Assembly (NCBI GenBank): GCA_964489445.1
Contig: CAZAYU010000003.1
Coordinates: forward strand, 65,172-129,171
DNA length: 64,000 nucleotides
Direction: 5' to 3'
From: an uncultured Planctomycetia bacterium
GTDB lineage: Bacteria; Omnitrophota; Gorgyraeia; Duberdicusellales; 4484-171
Positions 57,777-64,000 of this stretch are shown here, piece by piece. Under the pieces are notes generated by a model. That model was not told the DNA's origin. It was given only the letters and a program-made list of their open reading frames with translations, and ran no database searches. A program made the position numbers and the translations under genes. How positions within the stretch are numbered: the stretch's first letter is position 1; every line of letters starts with the position of its first letter.

Positions 57777-60700
57777 GTGTATTTAAAAGAGTTAGAAATA
57801 TTCGGATTTAAGTCCTTCCCAGAAAAAACTTCTTTAAAATTTGAGTCAGGTGTTACTGCGGTAGTTGGGCCCAACGGCTGTGGAAAATCAAATGTTTTCG
57901 ATGCTGTTAAATGGGCTCTAGGAGAACAAAGCCCCAAGTCTTTAAGAGGCACTAAAATGGAAGATATTATTTTTAACGGAACACAAAATCAGGCTCCTTT
58001 AAACTATGCCGAAGTAGCATTAATCTTTGATAACGAGGATAAGTATTTACCGATAGATTATAAGGAGGTAGCTGTTTCCCGGCGCCTTTATCGGTCCGGT
58101 GAAAGCCAGTATTTTATTAACAAAAGTCCGGTAAGGTTAAAAGATGTTCAGGAATTATTTATGGGCACTGGAATTGGTGAATCAACATATTCTTTTGTTG
58201 AGCAAGGGAAAATTGAGATTTTTTTAAGCTATAAACCAGAAGATAAACGATTAATATTTGATGAGGCTAGCGGCATAGTAAAATATAAAGAAAGAAAAAA
58301 AGAGGCCCTAAGAAGGCTTAATGATGCGGAAGAAAATTTATTACGCCTGGAAGATATTCTGTCGGAAGTAAGAAGGCAGATTCGATATTTAGAGCGGCAA
58401 GTGGATAAAGCACAAAAATATAAACAAGTTAAAGAAAAATTGTTGGAAGTAGAGAAAAAAGTTGCAGCTATTCAATTTAAAAAATTAGAGGGAAAAATTA
58501 ATAGCTTGCTAGATGAGCTGAACGCTTTTAAAAGCCAAGAAGAAAATAAAACCGGACAGCTTAGACAGGTGAGTGGTAGCCAAGAGGAAATGGTCGAAAG
58601 TGAAAAACAATTAAGAGAAAAGCTAGAAAGAACTAATACGATTATTGTCTCTCTGCAAGCGCAGATGGAAAGCTTTAATACCCATATTGGAGTAAATCGT
58701 CAGAGAGTTAGCGAATTAGAAGAAAGAAATGTCAACTTAGAGGCTTCTAAATTACAGAATAGCCAGCGGCTGGAATTTCAAGATAAAAGGAATCAAGAAG
58801 AAGGAATGCGCATTGAAGCAATAGGCGAAGAGATTAAAAGTTTAAGCGAAGACATTGAAAAGATAAGTCTGGAAAAAAATCAGCTGCAACAAAGAATAGA
58901 GGAGGCTAAACAGGGAGGCGGAAGAGAAAAGGAAAAGATACTAGACTTAGAAAATAAAAAATCTCAGACGCACAATACACTTATTGAAATTCAAGCTCGT
59001 AGCTCTTCTTTAATCAACAGAAAAAAACGTCTTCTTCTTGATCGGGGGAGATTGGAGTCTTTAGTGGTAGAAAATAAGGAGAAATTTGATGTTACCTCTG
59101 GGAGGTTTTCTAAAGCCAAAGAGGAATTATCTGATTCAGAAAGTAAACGCCAAGGATTAGCTAATCGAGAAAAAGAGATTACGTTGGATTCAGAAAATTT
59201 CCGATCGAAAACAGTAGAAAAAGAAAAAGAATTACTCGAGCTAAACACTACATATGAATTTTTAAAAGATTTGCGTATTAAGTATGAAACTTTTTCAGTT
59301 CAAAGGAAAGTTACGATTATTTTTGATGAAGAACCAAAAGATATAAATAAAATGGTTGCTTCCCTGCAAGGCGCCGAATTTGTCAAAGAAGGAGGCAGAT
59401 ATAAGGCGCAAATAGAGGCAAAAGTAGTTTCGTTTAAAGAAAAAGAATTAGAAGAAAGAATGGATGTTGTTAAGAAAGAGATAGATGATGCAAAAAATAG
59501 GTTTCAGCAATTACATAACGAAAAAGAAGAATTAGTTAAGCTGCTTTCTGCAGAGAACGTTCTGCTAGAAGAAAAAAAACGGACCCTACAAGAAGAAATG
59601 CAAGAGAGAGACAGCTTAGCTAAAGAGAATTTACGCTTAGAAGAAGAAGTTGGATTATTGAAAGAGGAAGAAAAAAATGTTGCCGAAGAAATAGCCGAAG
59701 CAACTAGTCAGCATGACAGGGTAAATAATGAGCTAAGTTTTCATGAACAGGATTTAGATAGTGCCAAACAAAGTTTATCTGGAAGCCAAAGTGTTACTTC
59801 TAAATCCTCAGAAAGAATTAATGAAATTGAAATTACCACGACCCGTGGGTTGACGCAAATAGAAGCTCTTGCCAAAGAAAAACAAACTCTAACTTTAAAT
59901 ATAACTGTTTTTGAAGAAGAAGTAAAAAATATTCAAGATTCTTTACAACAAATTGCTCAAGAAAATGAAGAAAATCTTAGACGTTCGTTATCTTTTACTC
60001 AGCAGATAGAAGAGCTGGAGCTTAAGTTTAAGCAGGGGGAATCTAAAATTAATGAGCAGACAGAGGTAAGGAAATCAACAGAAGAAGAGTCAGCTAAGTT
60101 AGTGCAAATAATAGAGGATACAAAAAAGTCGATACAAGTTTTAGAGAATGAGAATCAAAAGATAAAGACAGATGCGTACAATAAGAAACTAGAGATTCAA
60201 AGCTTAGAATACGAAAAAGAAAAGATAATTGATTATTTAAAGCAGGTTTATGAGATTGAGTTTAACCCAACGCAGCAAGAAGAAGCTTTAGAAAGTATCG
60301 AAATGCTTACTGAAGAGAAGGAAAAATTACAGAAAAAAGTAAAGTCTTTAGGAGAGGTCAATTTGGTGGCGATTGAAGAATTTGAAGAATTAAAAGGGCG
60401 CGACGATTTTATGGAGAGCCAGAAACAGGATTTAGTCACTTCCAAGGAAAATCTAAAGAAAGCAATTCAAAAGATTAATCGTACTTCTCGAGAAATTTTT
60501 TTAGAAGTGTTTAGGAAGATTGAAGTAGAATTTAAGAAAAATTTTAAGTTTTTATTTAACGGAGGAAGGGCAAATCTAATCTTAGTAGATGAAAACAATA
60601 TTTTAGAATCAGGGGTAGAAATTGAAGTTCAGCCTCCCGGCAAAAAGCTTCAGAACGTTTCTTTGCTTTCCGGAGGAGAAAAAGCTTTAACCGCCATTGC

Positions 60701-60971
60701 TTTAATCTTTGCTATTTTTCAAGTTCGACCTTCCCCGTTGTGTGTTTTAGACGAAATTGATGCTCCTCTAGATGAAGCTAATGTTGATAGGTTTAATCAT
60801 CTGTTAAAGGAATTTGCTGCTTCTTCCCAGTTTATTGTGATTACACACAATAAAAAAACGATGAGCAGTGCTGATGTTTTGTATGGTGTGACCATGCAGG
60901 AAAGAGGAATATCAAAATTAGTTTCTGTCAAATTCGCTGATGAAACTACCCCCGCCAAAGTTAATTCATAA
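57777..60971 (+). CDS. smc: chromosome segregation protein SMC
   Basis: 'LEIFGFKSF' and Walker A GPNGCGKSN. Long coiled coils, a hinge, and a C-terminal 'LSGGEKALTAIALIFA' signature plus a D-loop. GTG start. Confidence 0.9.
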   Translation: MYLKELEIFGFKSFPEKTSLKFESGVTAVVGPNGCGKSNVFDAVKWALGEQSPKSLRGTKMEDIIFNGTQNQAPLNYAEVALIFDNEDKYLPIDYKEVAVSRRLYRSGESQYFINKSPVRLKDVQELFMGTGIGESTYSFVEQGKIEIFLSYKPEDKRLIFDEASGIVKYKERKKEALRRLNDAEENLLRLEDILSEVRRQIRYLERQVDKAQKYKQVKEKLLEVEKKVAAIQFKKLEGKINSLLDELNAFKSQEENKTGQLRQVSGSQEEMVESEKQLREKLERTNTIIVSLQAQMESFNTHIGVNRQRVSELEERNVNLEASKLQNSQRLEFQDKRNQEEGMRIEAIGEEIKSLSEDIEKISLEKNQLQQRIEEAKQGGGREKEKILDLENKKSQTHNTLIEIQARSSSLINRKKRLLLDRGRLESLVVENKEKFDVTSGRFSKAKEELSDSESKRQGLANREKEITLDSENFRSKTVEKEKELLELNTTYEFLKDLRIKYETFSVQRKVTIIFDEEPKDINKMVASLQGAEFVKEGGRYKAQIEAKVVSFKEKELEERMDVVKKEIDDAKNRFQQLHNEKEELVKLLSAENVLLEEKKRTLQEEMQERDSLAKENLRLEEEVGLLKEEEKNVAEEIAEATSQHDRVNNELSFHEQDLDSAKQSLSGSQSVTSKSSERINEIEITTTRGLTQIEALAKEKQTLTLNITVFEEEVKNIQDSLQQIAQENEENLRRSLSFTQQIEELELKFKQGESKINEQTEVRKSTEEESAKLVQIIEDTKKSIQVLENENQKIKTDAYNKKLEIQSLEYEKEKIIDYLKQVYEIEFNPTQQEEALESIEMLTEEKEKLQKKVKSLGEVNLVAIEEFEELKGRDDFMESQKQDLVTSKENLKKAIQKINRTSREIFLEVFRKIEVEFKKNFKFLFNGGRANLILVDENNILESGVEIEVQPPGKKLQNVSLLSGGEKALTAIALIFAIFQVRPSPLCVLDEIDAPLDEANVDRFNHLLKEFAASSQFIVITHNKKTMSSADVLYGVTMQERGISKLVSVKFADETTPAKVNS

Positions 60972-61021
60972 GGAAAAAGGTTTAGATTAAGACTTAGCTG
61001 CTAAAGGTGAAACTTCAAAAA

Positions 61022-62173
61022 TTAGGCGAGGATTATTCTATTTTTTCCTTCTTTTTTTGCTCTATACAGAGCTTTATCTGCTTTTTTAATAAGTGGATAT
61101 TTTTCCAATGAATCTTTTGGGAAGGAAGCAACGCCGATACTTATTGTAAATTTACTTCCAGAAATATTTTTTTGTTCTATAGAGCGGCGAATTCTTTCTC
61201 CTAAAAGAAATGCTTCTTGCTTGTTATTTCCGGGTAAGATAATTGAAAATTCTTCTCCTCCATAACGGCATAAAATATCAATTTTGCGGCAATTACGTTT
61301 GAGGCGCTTACTTAACCCTTTTAAAGCGTTATCGCCTTGGATATGTCCGTGAGAGTCGTTAAATTTTTTGAAATCATCAATATCAATCATCATTATTGAA
61401 AGCGGTAATTTTGCTGATTCAGCTTTTAATAATTCTTCATCTAATCTATATTGGAAATAGCCATAATTCCAAAGGCTGGTTAGTGAATCAGTGTGAGATC
61501 TAACTAAAGTGTGTTCAAAACTTTGAGAGTTTTCAATAGCTCCGCGTGCTTGCTCAATAAACATATCGAATATTTTTATATCATCCTTAGCTAGTGGTTT
61601 TTTAGTGAAATAATTATCAACAACAATTACTCCGGCCGGCTCATTTTTAATTGTTAAAGGGTGAATTAAAAATTCTCCTAAGTTAAGCTTTTTAACAAGT
61701 AAATCGTTTCTCATTTTTTTAGCTCGACTTTTTTTAATCCAGCATGTTTGGTTTTCTTCTAAAGTGTCAAATATTAGACCACTTGTTTTATCCAGAGGAA
61801 AAGATAATGAGCGGATAAAGTCTAAAAATTTTGGACGGATTTCACTACACTTAATGTGATGATAATTTTTAATTAAACTGTGTAAATCCTTTTTTTCTTG
61901 TTCAATATGCTTCCAGATAGTTAGTGCTTCTTTATTATCCATTGCTCCGATTCCCATAAATCCGGTAATTTTTTTTCCTTTTTTATCTACTAAAAATATA
62001 CTGGCCCGATTAAATCCTAATCCTCCGTGAGCAGTTAATCCAGTTAAGATTATGTATGTTATTTCGTCAAGACGTAAAGTAGTACGCATTAATTTAGTAA
62101 GTTCATAGAAGACAGAAAGCTGGGACCGAACTTTTTTTAGTTCTTCTTGAAGGGTCTTTGAATGTTGTTTCAT
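61022..62173 (-). CDS. GAF-domain diguanylate cyclase (active GGDEF: RYGGEEF)
   Basis: GAF-like N-terminal half. An 'RYGGEEFSIILPG' active site and an RxxD I-site are present. Confidence 0.85.
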   Translation of the reverse strand: MKQHSKTLQEELKKVRSQLSVFYELTKLMRTTLRLDEITYIILTGLTAHGGLGFNRASIFLVDKKGKKITGFMGIGAMDNKEALTIWKHIEQEKKDLHSLIKNYHHIKCSEIRPKFLDFIRSLSFPLDKTSGLIFDTLEENQTCWIKKSRAKKMRNDLLVKKLNLGEFLIHPLTIKNEPAGVIVVDNYFTKKPLAKDDIKIFDMFIEQARGAIENSQSFEHTLVRSHTDSLTSLWNYGYFQYRLDEELLKAESAKLPLSIMMIDIDDFKKFNDSHGHIQGDNALKGLSKRLKRNCRKIDILCRYGGEEFSIILPGNNKQEAFLLGERIRRSIEQKNISGSKFTISIGVASFPKDSLEKYPLIKKADKALYRAKKEGKNRIILA

Positions 62174-62399
62174 CTAAATTCTTAAATAACATATTTATCT
62201 TCAAAAGTCAATTGTTTTCGCTTTGTAGCATCATCATAATAAGTAAACGCTTTCAAAGCCAGCTCTAAATACCCTTATAATCTAATATTTAATATGCTAC
62301 ATTTATATGGTATCCATCCTAACGGGTAGGTTGGAAAATCTTAATAAAATCAATGGTTTTGAGAGGGGATTGCCTAGTTTAAGGCAATTTGTCTGACTA

Positions 62400-64000
62400 A
62401 TGCTTCTTTATTTAACAAAAAAAAGAGCCAGTGCGTCTTCTAGGGCAATCATTATTTTTGTATTAATTGCCTTTATTGTTGCTACTTTTGCGGTTCATTT
62501 TCCCAAGAAAACCTATGCTTCAGCGCTTCCTTATATGCCTGCTCCTACTAAACTTATCGATATTAGTGCACACATTAATTTTCCGCTGTTAAGGGGTTTG
62601 CAGGTTAATCCCAAAGAGCCGTTTAAGTTCGATTTTATTATTGAAGAAGGTGACAAACCAATTAAAGAAGAAGAGTTTAAAAAAGAGTCTTCAAAGATAA
62701 TTAAATATTTTTTATCCTCACTAACAATTCCCGAAGAAGATTTATGGGTTAATTTATCGCCTTACGAACAAGATGAAGTTGCTCCTCTTGAATTAGGAAA
62801 GACAGAGATGGGGAAAGATTTATTAGGTGAAGATTATGTTTTGAAGCAACTTCTTGCTTCGTTAACCTACCCGGAGAGCCCTCTGGGGAAGCGCTTTTGG
62901 AAGCGCGTCTATCAGAGGGCTCATATTATTTTTGGCACAGCGAATATTCCGATAAATACGTTTAATAAGATCTGGATTGTGCCGGAGAAAGCAGTAGTTT
63001 ATGAAGAATCTGGCAAAGCTTTTATTGGTGAGGCGCGTCTTAAAGTAATGATGGAGGAAGATTATTTAGCGCTAAAAAACAATCTGAATAATTCCGAAAT
63101 TAAAACAGATAAGTTAAATGAAAATGAAGTAAAGGATATTAATAATTTTTCTTCACAAATTATGAAGGAAATGGTCCTTCCGGTGATTGAGGAAGAAATT
63201 AATCAGGGAGAAAATTTTGCTTATTTGCGCCAAATTTATTATTCATTGATTTTGGCATTGTGGTTTAAGAAGAAGTTGAAAGAGTCGATAGGCGATAGTC
63301 AACAGACTGCGAGTGGGCATGTTTTAGAGAGAATATATGTGGATAAGAAAAAAATAAAAGGAGTAGACGTAGATGACAAACAAATCAAGGAAAAAATATA
63401 CAATCAGTATTTAGAGGCCTATAAAAAAGGTGTCTATAATTATATAAAGCGCGATTACGATGCTCCTTCGCAAAAGTATATCCAAAGAAGGTATTATTCC
63501 GGAGGAATGGATTTAAGAGAATTATCAAGCTCAGTACTGGTGAGGAAACCTTTCCCTTTAAACTTTTCTGAATTAATCAGTGGTTTATCATTATCCAAAG
63601 CAGAAACTGAACTATCTCCTAAATTAGAGAATCAAGATGACTTAGGTCGAGAGAAACAGAAGAAAGTATCTTCTTCGGCGGTGACACAAAATGAAGAAAG
63701 GAATCGTAAATTAAGTATTTTGGCAGAAACAAAAAAACATACCCTTCATGAAGAAACTATAGCATTGTTAGACTCTATTCGGGAAATATTGAAGGGGTTT
63801 AATAGCAAAGGTTCTACGGCAGAAACTAAGGCGGTAAAGGAAGCCAGTCAAAGAACTAAGCTTCCGCAAGGAATGTTTAAGGGTGCACGATACGATGAGA
63901 ATTTAGATGTTGTTTATATCATCCACGAACTCTGGGAAAAATATATTGGTAAAAAAATAGGAGGAGAAAATATTTCTGGCATAAATATTGTTCCAGATAA
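62400..64000 (+). CDS. hypothetical secreted or membrane-anchored protein, 3' partial (runs off window; not in ORF track)
   Basis: ATG at 62400 preceded by an in-frame TGA. Open frame of 533 codons to the window end. N-terminal hydrophobic segment 'AIIIFVLIAFIVATFAV'. No recognised domain. Confidence 0.5.
   Translation, partial: MLLYLTKKRASASSRAIIIFVLIAFIVATFAVHFPKKTYASALPYMPAPTKLIDISAHINFPLLRGLQVNPKEPFKFDFIIEEGDKPIKEEEFKKESSKIIKYFLSSLTIPEEDLWVNLSPYEQDEVAPLELGKTEMGKDLLGEDYVLKQLLASLTYPESPLGKRFWKRVYQRAHIIFGTANIPINTFNKIWIVPEKAVVYEESGKAFIGEARLKVMMEEDYLALKNNLNNSEIKTDKLNENEVKDINNFSSQIMKEMVLPVIEEEINQGENFAYLRQIYYSLILALWFKKKLKESIGDSQQTASGHVLERIYVDKKKIKGVDVDDKQIKEKIYNQYLEAYKKGVYNYIKRDYDAPSQKYIQRRYYSGGMDLRELSSSVLVRKPFPLNFSELISGLSLSKAETELSPKLENQDDLGREKQKKVSSSAVTQNEERNRKLSILAETKKHTLHEETIALLDSIREILKGFNSKGSTAETKAVKEASQRTKLPQGMFKGARYDENLDVVYIIHELWEKYIGKKIGGENISGINIVPD

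Noticed and set aside
62174-62399. c-di-GMP (GEMM) riboswitch in the divergent region next to the GGDEF gene
   Set aside because: Only a weak 'caaagcc' resemblance, with no P1/P2 architecture or GNRA-receptor pair. Short hairpins (ATTGCCT..AGGCAAT) are more likely operator or terminator elements.
1-64000. CRISPR arrays, transposases/IS elements, rRNA genes
   Set aside because: No spaced direct-repeat arrays, no terminal inverted repeats flanking a transposase-like ORF, and no rRNA-like conserved stretches were found on either strand.

Overview
This window is almost entirely coding and mostly on the + strand. GC is roughly one-third by eye, and the organism looks like an uncultured anaerobic bacterium; no 16S or other marker is present to place it.

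Gene order, 5' to 3':
- **1–14.4 kb: Wzx/Wzy-type polysaccharide locus.** It has two B12-binding radical SAM enzymes, a SAM methyltransferase, GT2/GT4/GT2 glycosyltransferases, a Capsule_synth-like protein, a Wzx flippase, a Wzy polymerase, a PglC/WbaP-like initiating sugar-phosphate transferase, a Wzz-type co-polymerase carrying a C-terminal PilZ domain instead of a kinase, and a Wza exporter.
- **14648–14721: tRNA-Met(CAT).** A 19-bp copy of its 3' end lies about 110 bp downstream, which looks like an att-site scar.
- **14.9–20.2 kb: small-protein islet and housekeeping genes.** LCM-family methyltransferase-like protein, Zn-ribbon protein, Cys-rich peptide, cupin, a tiny basic ORF, YuiD, an L,D-transpeptidase with LysM, accA and a PadR regulator.
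- **20.2–35.4 kb: type IV pilus locus of MSHA-like type.** Three minor pilins, a GAF/degenerate-GGDEF membrane protein, a stand-alone MshEN domain protein, two tandem PilB/GspE ATPases (the first with an MshEN c-di-GMP motif), PilC, two pilins with their own promoter and terminator, PilM/N/O/P, a PilQ secretin, and an ExeA/GspB-like pair.
- **35.4–38.5 kb, − strand:** an 874-aa six-hairpin glycoside phosphorylase-like protein and a coiled-coil membrane protein.
- **38.7–45.7 kb: sulfur-biochemistry operon.** Thioredoxin–DsbD fusion, a radical SAM protein of unknown function, a THUMP-less ThiI-like PP-loop protein, CysK, an archaeal-type Thi4, and a COG1900/DUF39 protein with a NIL-ferredoxin (sulfide-dependent homocysteine synthesis).
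- **45.7–64 kb:** an outer-membrane barrel with a TonB-plug domain, a SplB-like radical SAM protein (− strand), a fused β-phosphoglucomutase/trehalose-6-phosphate phosphatase followed by a GH65 phosphorylase, GTP-PEPCK, PurC, EtfB and ferredoxin-EtfA, SMC, a GAF-GGDEF cyclase (− strand), and a long ORF that starts at 62400 and runs off the end of the window.

No CRISPR array, rRNA or transposase was seen. The most notable theme is a window-wide c-di-GMP circuit: one active GGDEF enzyme, and receptor-type domains (PilZ, MshEN, I-site) grafted onto the polysaccharide co-polymerase and the pilus motor.
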